In this document: in pieces, positions 13,501 through 28,500 of the stretch
How positions within the stretch are numbered: the stretch's first letter is position 1
Layout of the letters: the number at the start of each line of letters is the position of its first letter
Assembly (NCBI GenBank): GCA_964035575.1
Contig: OZ037839.1
Span: forward strand, 1,612,001-1,676,000
Length of the DNA: 64,000 bases
Source: Rhynchopus sp. YZ270_cl-10
Lineage: Eukaryota
Reading direction: 5' to 3'
Notes under the pieces: model-generated
What the model was told of the DNA's origin: nothing
The model's input: only the letters and a program-made list of their open reading frames with translations
Database searches by the model: none
Translations under genes and position numbers: made by a program

Positions 13501-16500
13501 ATATGGTGAACTCAGCGGAGCCCGGTTTTAAAAGTGCCAAAAACGACCTTTTCGTTTTGACGCGTTGTGAGTTCCTCAAATGCAATTTTGAAGGGTAAAA
13601 AATTCGGGTTTTCTAAGCACATGCAGTGCTAAGTTAAAAAAAATCGCGAAAAAAAAATACAAAAATTTTGTGTTGGAAGCTCGGAACCCAGAAACGTCCA
13701 ATGGTGAAGTTTTTTTCTGGTTTCGTTGCACCCTGTATTTTTACTTAAAAATCAAGACAAAGTGATTTTTACCTGGATTTTTGCCTGTATTTTACTAGGG
13801 ATTTTCCCTTAGTAAAATACAGGGGAATTATCTAACACCTCGTCCCGAGTTTTTGTCCGAGAATGCGATTACTAATTAGTTACTCCACTAATTAAATCGA
13901 GCAAAAATATGGTGAACTCAGCGGAGCCCGGTTTTAAAAGTGCCAAAAACGACCTTTTCGTTTTGACGCGTTGTGAGTTCCTCAAATGCAATTTTGAAGG
14001 GTAAAAAATTCGGGTTTTCTAAGCACATGCAGTGCTAAGTTAAAAAAAATCGCGAAAAAAAAATACAAAAATTTTGTGTTGGAAGCTCGGAACCCAGAAA
14101 CGTCCAATGGTGAAGTTTTTTTCTGGTTTCGTTGCACCCTGTATTTTTACTTAAAAATCAAGACAAAGTGATTTTTACCTGGATTTTTGCCTGTATTTTA
14201 CTAGGGATTTTCCCTTAGTAAAATACAGGGGAATTATCTAACACCTCGTCCCGAGTTTTTGTCCGAGAATGCGATTACTAATTAGTTACTCCACTAATTA
14301 AATCGAGCAAAAATATGGTGAACTCAGCGGAGCCCGGTTTTAAAAGTGCCAAAAACGACCTTTTCGTTTTGACGCGTTGTGAGTTCCTCAAATGCAATTT
14401 TGAAGGGTAAAAAATTCGGGTTTTCTAAGCACATGCAGTGCTAAGTTAAAAAAAATCGCGAAAAAAAAATACAAAAATTTTGTGTTGGAAGCTCGGAACC
14501 CAGAAACGTCCAATGGTGAAGTTTTTTTCTGGTTTCGTTGCACCCTGTATTTTTACTTAAAAATCAAGACAAAGTGATTTTTACCTGGATTTTTGCCTGT
14601 ATTTTACTAGGGATTTTCCCTTAGTAAAATACAGGGGAATTATCTAACACCTCGTCCCGAGTTTTTGTCCGAGAATGCGATTACTAATTAGTTACTCCAC
14701 TAATTAAATCGAGCAAAAATATGGTGAACTCAGCGGAGCCCGGTTTTAAAAGTGCCAAAAACGACCTTTTCGTTTTGACGCGTTGTGAGTTCCTCAAATG
14801 CAATTTTGAAGGGTAAAAAATTCGGGTTTTCTAAGCACATGCAGTGCTAAGTTAAAAAAAATCGCGAAAAAAAAATACAAAAATTTTGTGTTGGAAGCTC
14901 GGAACCCAGAAACGTCCAATGGTGAAGTTTTTTTCTGGTTTCGTTGCACCCTGTATTTTTACTTAAAAATCAAGACAAAGTGATTTTTACCTGGATTTTT
15001 GCCTGTATTTTACTAGGGATTTTCCCTTAGTAAAATACAGGGGAATTATCTAACACCTCGTCCCGAGTTTTTGTCCGAGAATGCGATTACTAATTAGTTA
15101 CTCCACTAATTAAATCGAGCAAAAATATGGTGAACTCAGCGGAGCCCGGTTTTAAAAGTGCCAAAAACGACCTTTTCGTTTTGACGCGTTGTGAGTTCCT
15201 CAAATGCAATTTTGAAGGGTAAAAAATTCGGGTTTTCTAAGCACATGCAGTGCTAAGTTAAAAAAAATCGCGAAAAAAAAATACAAAAATTTTGTGTTGG
15301 AAGCTCGGAACCCAGAAACGTCCAATGGTGAAGTTTTTTTCTGGTTTCGTTGCACCCTGTATTTTTACTTAAAAATCAAGACAAAGTGATTTTTACCTGG
15401 ATTTTTGCCTGTATTTTACTAGGGATTTTCCCTTAGTAAAATACAGGGGAATTATCTAACACCTCGTCCCGAGTTTTTGTCCGAGAATGCGATTACTAAT
15501 TAGTTACTCCACTAATTAAATCGAGCAAAAATATGGTGAACTCAGCGGAGCCCGGTTTTAAAAGTGCCAAAAACGACCTTTTCGTTTTGACGCGTTGTGA
15601 GTTCCTCAAATGCAATTTTGAAGGGTAAAAAATTCGGGTTTTCTAAGCACATGCAGTGCTAAGTTAAAAAAAATCGCGAAAAAAAAATACAAAAATTTTG
15701 TGTTGGAAGCTCGGAACCCAGAAACGTCCAATGGTGAAGTTTTTTTCTGGTTTCGTTGCACCCTGTATTTTTACTTAAAAATCAAGACAAAGTGATTTTT
15801 ACCTGGATTTTTGCCTGTATTTTACTAGGGATTTTCCCTTAGTAAAATACAGGGGAATTATCTAACACCTCGTCCCGAGTTTTTGTCCGAGAATGCGATT
15901 ACTAATTAGTTACTCCACTAATTAAATCGAGCAAAAATATGGTGAACTCAGCGGAGCCCGGTTTTAAAAGTGCCAAAAACGACCTTTTCGTTTTGACGCG
16001 TTGTGAGTTCCTCAAATGCAATTTTGAAGGGTAAAAAATTCGGGTTTTCTAAGCACATGCAGTGCTAAGTTAAAAAAAATCGCGAAAAAAAAATACAAAA
16101 ATTTTGTGTTGGAAGCTCGGAACCCAGAAACGTCCAATGGTGAAGTTTTTTTCTGGTTTCGTTGCACCCTGTATTTTTACTTAAAAATCAAGACAAAGTG
16201 ATTTTTACCTGGATTTTTGCCTGTATTTTACTAGGGATTTTCCCTTAGTAAAATACAGGGGAATTATCTAACACCTCGTCCCGAGTTTTTGTCCGAGAAT
16301 GCGATTACTAATTAGTTACTCCACTAATTAAATCGAGCAAAAATATGGTGAACTCAGCGGAGCCCGGTTTTAAAAGTGCCAAAAACGACCTTTTCGTTTT
16401 GACGCGTTGTGAGTTCCTCAAATGCAATTTTGAAGGGTAAAAAATTCGGGTTTTCTAAGCACATGCAGTGCTAAGTTAAAAAAAATCGCGAAAAAAAAAT

Positions 16501-19500
16501 ACAAAAATTTTGTGTTGGAAGCTCGGAACCCAGAAACGTCCAATGGTGAAGTTTTTTTCTGGTTTCGTTGCACCCTGTATTTTTACTTAAAAATCAAGAC
16601 AAAGTGATTTTTACCTGGATTTTTGCCTGTATTTTACTAGGGATTTTCCCTTAGTAAAATACAGGGGAATTATCTAACACCTCGTCCCGAGTTTTTGTCC
16701 GAGAATGCGATTACTAATTAGTTACTCCACTAATTAAATCGAGCAAAAATATGGTGAACTCAGCGGAGCCCGGTTTTAAAAGTGCCAAAAACGACCTTTT
16801 CGTTTTGACGCGTTGTGAGTTCCTCAAATGCAATTTTGAAGGGTAAAAAATTCGGGTTTTCTAAGCACATGCAGTGCTAAGTTAAAAAAAATCGCGAAAA
16901 AAAAATACAAAAATTTTGTGTTGGAAGCTCGGAACCCAGAAACGTCCAATGGTGAAGTTTTTTTCTGGTTTCGTTGCACCCTGTATTTTTACTTAAAAAT
17001 CAAGACAAAGTGATTTTTACCTGGATTTTTGCCTGTATTTTACTAGGGATTTTCCCTTAGTAAAATACAGGGGAATTATCTAACACCTCGTCCCGAGTTT
17101 TTGTCCGAGAATGCGATTACTAATTAGTTACTCCACTAATTAAATCGAGCAAAAATATGGTGAACTCAGCGGAGCCCGGTTTTAAAAGTGCCAAAAACGA
17201 CCTTTTCGTTTTGACGCGTTGTGAGTTCCTCAAATGCAATTTTGAAGGGTAAAAAATTCGGGTTTTCTAAGCACATGCAGTGCTAAGTTAAAAAAAATCG
17301 CGAAAAAAAAATACAAAAATTTTGTGTTGGAAGCTCGGAACCCAGAAACGTCCAATGGTGAAGTTTTTTTCTGGTTTCGTTGCACCCTGTATTTTTACTT
17401 AAAAATCAAGACAAAGTGATTTTTACCTGGATTTTTGCCTGTATTTTACTAGGGATTTTCCCTTAGTAAAATACAGGGGAATTATCTAACACCTCGTCCC
17501 GAGTTTTTGTCCGAGAATGCGATTACTAATTAGTTACTCCACTAATTAAATCGAGCAAAAATATGGTGAACTCAGCGGAGCCCGGTTTTAAAAGTGCCAA
17601 AAACGACCTTTTCGTTTTGACGCGTTGTGAGTTCCTCAAATGCAATTTTGAAGGGTAAAAAATTCGGGTTTTCTAAGCACATGCAGTGCTAAGTTAAAAA
17701 AAATCGCGAAAAAAAAATACAAAAATTTTGTGTTGGAAGCTCGGAACCCAGAAACGTCCAATGGTGAAGTTTTTTTCTGGTTTCGTTGCACCCTGTATTT
17801 TTACTTAAAAATCAAGACAAAGTGATTTTTACCTGGATTTTTGCCTGTATTTTACTAGGGATTTTCCCTTAGTAAAATACAGGGGAATTATCTAACACCT
17901 CGTCCCGAGTTTTTGTCCGAGAATGCGATTACTAATTAGTTACTCCACTAATTAAATCGAGCAAAAATATGGTGAACTCAGCGGAGCCCGGTTTTAAAAG
18001 TGCCAAAAACGACCTTTTCGTTTTGACGCGTTGTGAGTTCCTCAAATGCAATTTTGAAGGGTAAAAAATTCGGGTTTTCTAAGCACATGCAGTGCTAAGT
18101 TAAAAAAAATCGCGAAAAAAAAATACAAAAATTTTGTGTTGGAAGCTCGGAACCCAGAAACGTCCAATGGTGAAGTTTTTTTCTGGTTTCGTTGCACCCT
18201 GTATTTTTACTTAAAAATCAAGACAAAGTGATTTTTACCTGGATTTTTGCCTGTATTTTACTAGGGATTTTCCCTTAGTAAAATACAGGGGAATTATCTA
18301 ACACCTCGTCCCGAGTTTTTGTCCGAGAATGCGATTACTAATTAGTTACTCCACTAATTAAATCGAGCAAAAATATGGTGAACTCAGCGGAGCCCGGTTT
18401 TAAAAGTGCCAAAAACGACCTTTTCGTTTTGACGCGTTGTGAGTTCCTCAAATGCAATTTTGAAGGGTAAAAAATTCGGGTTTTCTAAGCACATGCAGTG
18501 CTAAGTTAAAAAAAATCGCGAAAAAAAAATACAAAAATTTTGTGTTGGAAGCTCGGAACCCAGAAACGTCCAATGGTGAAGTTTTTTTCTGGTTTCGTTG
18601 CACCCTGTATTTTTACTTAAAAATCAAGACAAAGTGATTTTTACCTGGATTTTTGCCTGTATTTTACTAGGGATTTTCCCTTAGTAAAATACAGGGGAAT
18701 TATCTAACACCTCGTCCCGAGTTTTTGTCCGAGAATGCGATTACTAATTAGTTACTCCACTAATTAAATCGAGCAAAAATATGGTGAACTCAGCGGAGCC
18801 CGGTTTTAAAAGTGCCAAAAACGACCTTTTCGTTTTGACGCGTTGTGAGTTCCTCAAATGCAATTTTGAAGGGTAAAAAATTCGGGTTTTCTAAGCACAT
18901 GCAGTGCTAAGTTAAAAAAAATCGCGAAAAAAAAATACAAAAATTTTGTGTTGGAAGCTCGGAACCCAGAAACGTCCAATGGTGAAGTTTTTTTCTGGTT
19001 TCGTTGCACCCTGTATTTTTACTTAAAAATCAAGACAAAGTGATTTTTACCTGGATTTTTGCCTGTATTTTACTAGGGATTTTCCCTTAGTAAAATACAG
19101 GGGAATTATCTAACACCTCGTCCCGAGTTTTTGTCCGAGAATGCGATTACTAATTAGTTACTCCACTAATTAAATCGAGCAAAAATATGGTGAACTCAGC
19201 GGAGCCCGGTTTTAAAAGTGCCAAAAACGACCTTTTCGTTTTGACGCGTTGTGAGTTCCTCAAATGCAATTTTGAAGGGTAAAAAATTCGGGTTTTCTAA
19301 GCACATGCAGTGCTAAGTTAAAAAAAATCGCGAAAAAAAAATACAAAAATTTTGTGTTGGAAGCTCGGAACCCAGAAACGTCCAATGGTGAAGTTTTTTT
19401 CTGGTTTCGTTGCACCCTGTATTTTTACTTAAAAATCAAGACAAAGTGATTTTTACCTGGATTTTTGCCTGTATTTTACTAGGGATTTTCCCTTAGTAAA

Positions 19501-22500
19501 ATACAGGGGAATTATCTAACACCTCGTCCCGAGTTTTTGTCCGAGAATGCGATTACTAATTAGTTACTCCACTAATTAAATCGAGCAAAAATATGGTGAA
19601 CTCAGCGGAGCCCGGTTTTAAAAGTGCCAAAAACGACCTTTTCGTTTTGACGCGTTGTGAGTTCCTCAAATGCAATTTTGAAGGGTAAAAAATTCGGGTT
19701 TTCTAAGCACATGCAGTGCTAAGTTAAAAAAAATCGCGAAAAAAAAATACAAAAATTTTGTGTTGGAAGCTCGGAACCCAGAAACGTCCAATGGTGAAGT
19801 TTTTTTCTGGTTTCGTTGCACCCTGTATTTTTACTTAAAAATCAAGACAAAGTGATTTTTACCTGGATTTTTGCCTGTATTTTACTAGGGATTTTCCCTT
19901 AGTAAAATACAGGGGAATTATCTAACACCTCGTCCCGAGTTTTTGTCCGAGAATGCGATTACTAATTAGTTACTCCACTAATTAAATCGAGCAAAAATAT
20001 GGTGAACTCAGCGGAGCCCGGTTTTAAAAGTGCCAAAAACGACCTTTTCGTTTTGACGCGTTGTGAGTTCCTCAAATGCAATTTTGAAGGGTAAAAAATT
20101 CGGGTTTTCTAAGCACATGCAGTGCTAAGTTAAAAAAAATCGCGAAAAAAAAATACAAAAATTTTGTGTTGGAAGCTCGGAACCCAGAAACGTCCAATGG
20201 TGAAGTTTTTTTCTGGTTTCGTTGCACCCTGTATTTTTACTTAAAAATCAAGACAAAGTGATTTTTACCTGGATTTTTGCCTGTATTTTACTAGGGATTT
20301 TCCCTTAGTAAAATACAGGGGAATTATCTAACACCTCGTCCCGAGTTTTTGTCCGAGAATGCGATTACTAATTAGTTACTCCACTAATTAAATCGAGCAA
20401 AAATATGGTGAACTCAGCGGAGCCCGGTTTTAAAAGTGCCAAAAACGACCTTTTCGTTTTGACGCGTTGTGAGTTCCTCAAATGCAATTTTGAAGGGTAA
20501 AAAATTCGGGTTTTCTAAGCACATGCAGTGCTAAGTTAAAAAAAATCGCGAAAAAAAAATACAAAAATTTTGTGTTGGAAGCTCGGAACCCAGAAACGTC
20601 CAATGGTGAAGTTTTTTTCTGGTTTCGTTGCACCCTGTATTTTTACTTAAAAATCAAGACAAAGTGATTTTTACCTGGATTTTTGCCTGTATTTTACTAG
20701 GGATTTTCCCTTAGTAAAATACAGGGGAATTATCTAACACCTCGTCCCGAGTTTTTGTCCGAGAATGCGATTACTAATTAGTTACTCCACTAATTAAATC
20801 GAGCAAAAATATGGTGAACTCAGCGGAGCCCGGTTTTAAAAGTGCCAAAAACGACCTTTTCGTTTTGACGCGTTGTGAGTTCCTCAAATGCAATTTTGAA
20901 GGGTAAAAAATTCGGGTTTTCTAAGCACATGCAGTGCTAAGTTAAAAAAAATCGCGAAAAAAAAATACAAAAATTTTGTGTTGGAAGCTCGGAACCCAGA
21001 AACGTCCAATGGTGAAGTTTTTTTCTGGTTTCGTTGCACCCTGTATTTTTACTTAAAAATCAAGACAAAGTGATTTTTACCTGGATTTTTGCCTGTATTT
21101 TACTAGGGATTTTCCCTTAGTAAAATACAGGGGAATTATCTAACACCTCGTCCCGAGTTTTTGTCCGAGAATGCGATTACTAATTAGTTACTCCACTAAT
21201 TAAATCGAGCAAAAATATGGTGAACTCAGCGGAGCCCGGTTTTAAAAGTGCCAAAAACGACCTTTTCGTTTTGACGCGTTGTGAGTTCCTCAAATGCAAT
21301 TTTGAAGGGTAAAAAATTCGGGTTTTCTAAGCACATGCAGTGCTAAGTTAAAAAAAATCGCGAAAAAAAAATACAAAAATTTTGTGTTGGAAGCTCGGAA
21401 CCCAGAAACGTCCAATGGTGAAGTTTTTTTCTGGTTTCGTTGCACCCTGTATTTTTACTTAAAAATCAAGACAAAGTGATTTTTACCTGGATTTTTGCCT
21501 GTATTTTACTAGGGATTTTCCCTTAGTAAAATACAGGGGAATTATCTAACACCTCGTCCCGAGTTTTTGTCCGAGAATGCGATTACTAATTAGTTACTCC
21601 ACTAATTAAATCGAGCAAAAATATGGTGAACTCAGCGGAGCCCGGTTTTAAAAGTGCCAAAAACGACCTTTTCGTTTTGACGCGTTGTGAGTTCCTCAAA
21701 TGCAATTTTGAAGGGTAAAAAATTCGGGTTTTCTAAGCACATGCAGTGCTAAGTTAAAAAAAATCGCGAAAAAAAAATACAAAAATTTTGTGTTGGAAGC
21801 TCGGAACCCAGAAACGTCCAATGGTGAAGTTTTTTTCTGGTTTCGTTGCACCCTGTATTTTTACTTAAAAATCAAGACAAAGTGATTTTTACCTGGATTT
21901 TTGCCTGTATTTTACTAGGGATTTTCCCTTAGTAAAATACAGGGGAATTATCTAACACCTCGTCCCGAGTTTTTGTCCGAGAATGCGATTACTAATTAGT
22001 TACTCCACTAATTAAATCGAGCAAAAATATGGTGAACTCAGCGGAGCCCGGTTTTAAAAGTGCCAAAAACGACCTTTTCGTTTTGACGCGTTGTGAGTTC
22101 CTCAAATGCAATTTTGAAGGGTAAAAAATTCGGGTTTTCTAAGCACATGCAGTGCTAAGTTAAAAAAAATCGCGAAAAAAAAATACAAAAATTTTGTGTT
22201 GGAAGCTCGGAACCCAGAAACGTCCAATGGTGAAGTTTTTTTCTGGTTTCGTTGCACCCTGTATTTTTACTTAAAAATCAAGACAAAGTGATTTTTACCT
22301 GGATTTTTGCCTGTATTTTACTAGGGATTTTCCCTTAGTAAAATACAGGGGAATTATCTAACACCTCGTCCCGAGTTTTTGTCCGAGAATGCGATTACTA
22401 ATTAGTTACTCCACTAATTAAATCGAGCAAAAATATGGTGAACTCAGCGGAGCCCGGTTTTAAAAGTGCCAAAAACGACCTTTTCGTTTTGACGCGTTGT

Positions 22501-25500
22501 GAGTTCCTCAAATGCAATTTTGAAGGGTAAAAAATTCGGGTTTTCTAAGCACATGCAGTGCTAAGTTAAAAAAAATCGCGAAAAAAAAATACAAAAATTT
22601 TGTGTTGGAAGCTCGGAACCCAGAAACGTCCAATGGTGAAGTTTTTTTCTGGTTTCGTTGCACCCTGTATTTTTACTTAAAAATCAAGACAAAGTGATTT
22701 TTACCTGGATTTTTGCCTGTATTTTACTAGGGATTTTCCCTTAGTAAAATACAGGGGAATTATCTAACACCTCGTCCCGAGTTTTTGTCCGAGAATGCGA
22801 TTACTAATTAGTTACTCCACTAATTAAATCGAGCAAAAATATGGTGAACTCAGCGGAGCCCGGTTTTAAAAGTGCCAAAAACGACCTTTTCGTTTTGACG
22901 CGTTGTGAGTTCCTCAAATGCAATTTTGAAGGGTAAAAAATTCGGGTTTTCTAAGCACATGCAGTGCTAAGTTAAAAAAAATCGCGAAAAAAAAATACAA
23001 AAATTTTGTGTTGGAAGCTCGGAACCCAGAAACGTCCAATGGTGAAGTTTTTTTCTGGTTTCGTTGCACCCTGTATTTTTACTTAAAAATCAAGACAAAG
23101 TGATTTTTACCTGGATTTTTGCCTGTATTTTACTAGGGATTTTCCCTTAGTAAAATACAGGGGAATTATCTAACACCTCGTCCCGAGTTTTTGTCCGAGA
23201 ATGCGATTACTAATTAGTTACTCCACTAATTAAATCGAGCAAAAATATGGTGAACTCAGCGGAGCCCGGTTTTAAAAGTGCCAAAAACGACCTTTTCGTT
23301 TTGACGCGTTGTGAGTTCCTCAAATGCAATTTTGAAGGGTAAAAAATTCGGGTTTTCTAAGCACATGCAGTGCTAAGTTAAAAAAAATCGCGAAAAAAAA
23401 ATACAAAAATTTTGTGTTGGAAGCTCGGAACCCAGAAACGTCCAATGGTGAAGTTTTTTTCTGGTTTCGTTGCACCCTGTATTTTTACTTAAAAATCAAG
23501 ACAAAGTGATTTTTACCTGGATTTTTGCCTGTATTTTACTAGGGATTTTCCCTTAGTAAAATACAGGGGAATTATCTAACACCTCGTCCCGAGTTTTTGT
23601 CCGAGAATGCGATTACTAATTAGTTACTCCACTAATTAAATCGAGCAAAAATATGGTGAACTCAGCGGAGCCCGGTTTTAAAAGTGCCAAAAACGACCTT
23701 TTCGTTTTGACGCGTTGTGAGTTCCTCAAATGCAATTTTGAAGGGTAAAAAATTCGGGTTTTCTAAGCACATGCAGTGCTAAGTTAAAAAAAATCGCGAA
23801 AAAAAAATACAAAAATTTTGTGTTGGAAGCTCGGAACCCAGAAACGTCCAATGGTGAAGTTTTTTTCTGGTTTCGTTGCACCCTGTATTTTTACTTAAAA
23901 ATCAAGACAAAGTGATTTTTACCTGGATTTTTGCCTGTATTTTACTAGGGATTTTCCCTTAGTAAAATACAGGGGAATTATCTAACACCTCGTCCCGAGT
24001 TTTTGTCCGAGAATGCGATTACTAATTAGTTACTCCACTAATTAAATCGAGCAAAAATATGGTGAACTCAGCGGAGCCCGGTTTTAAAAGTGCCAAAAAC
24101 GACCTTTTCGTTTTGACGCGTTGTGAGTTCCTCAAATGCAATTTTGAAGGGTAAAAAATTCGGGTTTTCTAAGCACATGCAGTGCTAAGTTAAAAAAAAT
24201 CGCGAAAAAAAAATACAAAAATTTTGTGTTGGAAGCTCGGAACCCAGAAACGTCCAATGGTGAAGTTTTTTTCTGGTTTCGTTGCACCCTGTATTTTTAC
24301 TTAAAAATCAAGACAAAGTGATTTTTACCTGGATTTTTGCCTGTATTTTACTAGGGATTTTCCCTTAGTAAAATACAGGGGAATTATCTAACACCTCGTC
24401 CCGAGTTTTTGTCCGAGAATGCGATTACTAATTAGTTACTCCACTAATTAAATCGAGCAAAAATATGGTGAACTCAGCGGAGCCCGGTTTTAAAAGTGCC
24501 AAAAACGACCTTTTCGTTTTGACGCGTTGTGAGTTCCTCAAATGCAATTTTGAAGGGTAAAAAATTCGGGTTTTCTAAGCACATGCAGTGCTAAGTTAAA
24601 AAAAATCGCGAAAAAAAAATACAAAAATTTTGTGTTGGAAGCTCGGAACCCAGAAACGTCCAATGGTGAAGTTTTTTTCTGGTTTCGTTGCACCCTGTAT
24701 TTTTACTTAAAAATCAAGACAAAGTGATTTTTACCTGGATTTTTGCCTGTATTTTACTAGGGATTTTCCCTTAGTAAAATACAGGGGAATTATCTAACAC
24801 CTCGTCCCGAGTTTTTGTCCGAGAATGCGATTACTAATTAGTTACTCCACTAATTAAATCGAGCAAAAATATGGTGAACTCAGCGGAGCCCGGTTTTAAA
24901 AGTGCCAAAAACGACCTTTTCGTTTTGACGCGTTGTGAGTTCCTCAAATGCAATTTTGAAGGGTAAAAAATTCGGGTTTTCTAAGCACATGCAGTGCTAA
25001 GTTAAAAAAAATCGCGAAAAAAAAATACAAAAATTTTGTGTTGGAAGCTCGGAACCCAGAAACGTCCAATGGTGAAGTTTTTTTCTGGTTTCGTTGCACC
25101 CTGTATTTTTACTTAAAAATCAAGACAAAGTGATTTTTACCTGGATTTTTGCCTGTATTTTACTAGGGATTTTCCCTTAGTAAAATACAGGGGAATTATC
25201 TAACACCTCGTCCCGAGTTTTTGTCCGAGAATGCGATTACTAATTAGTTACTCCACTAATTAAATCGAGCAAAAATATGGTGAACTCAGCGGAGCCCGGT
25301 TTTAAAAGTGCCAAAAACGACCTTTTCGTTTTGACGCGTTGTGAGTTCCTCAAATGCAATTTTGAAGGGTAAAAAATTCGGGTTTTCTAAGCACATGCAG
25401 TGCTAAGTTAAAAAAAATCGCGAAAAAAAAATACAAAAATTTTGTGTTGGAAGCTCGGAACCCAGAAACGTCCAATGGTGAAGTTTTTTTCTGGTTTCGT

Positions 25501-28500
25501 TGCACCCTGTATTTTTACTTAAAAATCAAGACAAAGTGATTTTTACCTGGATTTTTGCCTGTATTTTACTAGGGATTTTCCCTTAGTAAAATACAGGGGA
25601 ATTATCTAACACCTCGTCCCGAGTTTTTGTCCGAGAATGCGATTACTAATTAGTTACTCCACTAATTAAATCGAGCAAAAATATGGTGAACTCAGCGGAG
25701 CCCGGTTTTAAAAGTGCCAAAAACGACCTTTTCGTTTTGACGCGTTGTGAGTTCCTCAAATGCAATTTTGAAGGGTAAAAAATTCGGGTTTTCTAAGCAC
25801 ATGCAGTGCTAAGTTAAAAAAAATCGCGAAAAAAAAATACAAAAATTTTGTGTTGGAAGCTCGGAACCCAGAAACGTCCAATGGTGAAGTTTTTTTCTGG
25901 TTTCGTTGCACCCTGTATTTTTACTTAAAAATCAAGACAAAGTGATTTTTACCTGGATTTTTGCCTGTATTTTACTAGGGATTTTCCCTTAGTAAAATAC
26001 AGGGGAATTATCTAACACCTCGTCCCGAGTTTTTGTCCGAGAATGCGATTACTAATTAGTTACTCCACTAATTAAATCGAGCAAAAATATGGTGAACTCA
26101 GCGGAGCCCGGTTTTAAAAGTGCCAAAAACGACCTTTTCGTTTTGACGCGTTGTGAGTTCCTCAAATGCAATTTTGAAGGGTAAAAAATTCGGGTTTTCT
26201 AAGCACATGCAGTGCTAAGTTAAAAAAAATCGCGAAAAAAAAATACAAAAATTTTGTGTTGGAAGCTCGGAACCCAGAAACGTCCAATGGTGAAGTTTTT
26301 TTCTGGTTTCGTTGCACCCTGTATTTTTACTTAAAAATCAAGACAAAGTGATTTTTACCTGGATTTTTGCCTGTATTTTACTAGGGATTTTCCCTTAGTA
26401 AAATACAGGGGAATTATCTAACACCTCGTCCCGAGTTTTTGTCCGAGAATGCGATTACTAATTAGTTACTCCACTAATTAAATCGAGCAAAAATATGGTG
26501 AACTCAGCGGAGCCCGGTTTTAAAAGTGCCAAAAACGACCTTTTCGTTTTGACGCGTTGTGAGTTCCTCAAATGCAATTTTGAAGGGTAAAAAATTCGGG
26601 TTTTCTAAGCACATGCAGTGCTAAGTTAAAAAAAATCGCGAAAAAAAAATACAAAAATTTTGTGTTGGAAGCTCGGAACCCAGAAACGTCCAATGGTGAA
26701 GTTTTTTTCTGGTTTCGTTGCACCCTGTATTTTTACTTAAAAATCAAGACAAAGTGATTTTTACCTGGATTTTTGCCTGTATTTTACTAGGGATTTTCCC
26801 TTAGTAAAATACAGGGGAATTATCTAACACCTCGTCCCGAGTTTTTGTCCGAGAATGCGATTACTAATTAGTTACTCCACTAATTAAATCGAGCAAAAAT
26901 ATGGTGAACTCAGCGGAGCCCGGTTTTAAAAGTGCCAAAAACGACCTTTTCGTTTTGACGCGTTGTGAGTTCCTCAAATGCAATTTTGAAGGGTAAAAAA
27001 TTCGGGTTTTCTAAGCACATGCAGTGCTAAGTTAAAAAAAATCGCGAAAAAAAAATACAAAAATTTTGTGTTGGAAGCTCGGAACCCAGAAACGTCCAAT
27101 GGTGAAGTTTTTTTCTGGTTTCGTTGCACCCTGTATTTTTACTTAAAAATCAAGACAAAGTGATTTTTACCTGGATTTTTGCCTGTATTTTACTAGGGAT
27201 TTTCCCTTAGTAAAATACAGGGGAATTATCTAACACCTCGTCCCGAGTTTTTGTCCGAGAATGCGATTACTAATTAGTTACTCCACTAATTAAATCGAGC
27301 AAAAATATGGTGAACTCAGCGGAGCCCGGTTTTAAAAGTGCCAAAAACGACCTTTTCGTTTTGACGCGTTGTGAGTTCCTCAAATGCAATTTTGAAGGGT
27401 AAAAAATTCGGGTTTTCTAAGCACATGCAGTGCTAAGTTAAAAAAAATCGCGAAAAAAAAATACAAAAATTTTGTGTTGGAAGCTCGGAACCCAGAAACG
27501 TCCAATGGTGAAGTTTTTTTCTGGTTTCGTTGCACCCTGTATTTTTACTTAAAAATCAAGACAAAGTGATTTTTACCTGGATTTTTGCCTGTATTTTACT
27601 AGGGATTTTCCCTTAGTAAAATACAGGGGAATTATCTAACACCTCGTCCCGAGTTTTTGTCCGAGAATGCGATTACTAATTAGTTACTCCACTAATTAAA
27701 TCGAGCAAAAATATGGTGAACTCAGCGGAGCCCGGTTTTAAAAGTGCCAAAAACGACCTTTTCGTTTTGACGCGTTGTGAGTTCCTCAAATGCAATTTTG
27801 AAGGGTAAAAAATTCGGGTTTTCTAAGCACATGCAGTGCTAAGTTAAAAAAAATCGCGAAAAAAAAATACAAAAATTTTGTGTTGGAAGCTCGGAACCCA
27901 GAAACGTCCAATGGTGAAGTTTTTTTCTGGTTTCGTTGCACCCTGTATTTTTACTTAAAAATCAAGACAAAGTGATTTTTACCTGGATTTTTGCCTGTAT
28001 TTTACTAGGGATTTTCCCTTAGTAAAATACAGGGGAATTATCTAACACCTCGTCCCGAGTTTTTGTCCGAGAATGCGATTACTAATTAGTTACTCCACTA
28101 ATTAAATCGAGCAAAAATATGGTGAACTCAGCGGAGCCCGGTTTTAAAAGTGCCAAAAACGACCTTTTCGTTTTGACGCGTTGTGAGTTCCTCAAATGCA
28201 ATTTTGAAGGGTAAAAAATTCGGGTTTTCTAAGCACATGCAGTGCTAAGTTAAAAAAAATCGCGAAAAAAAAATACAAAAATTTTGTGTTGGAAGCTCGG
28301 AACCCAGAAACGTCCAATGGTGAAGTTTTTTTCTGGTTTCGTTGCACCCTGTATTTTTACTTAAAAATCAAGACAAAGTGATTTTTACCTGGATTTTTGC
28401 CTGTATTTTACTAGGGATTTTCCCTTAGTAAAATACAGGGGAATTATCTAACACCTCGTCCCGAGTTTTTGTCCGAGAATGCGATTACTAATTAGTTACT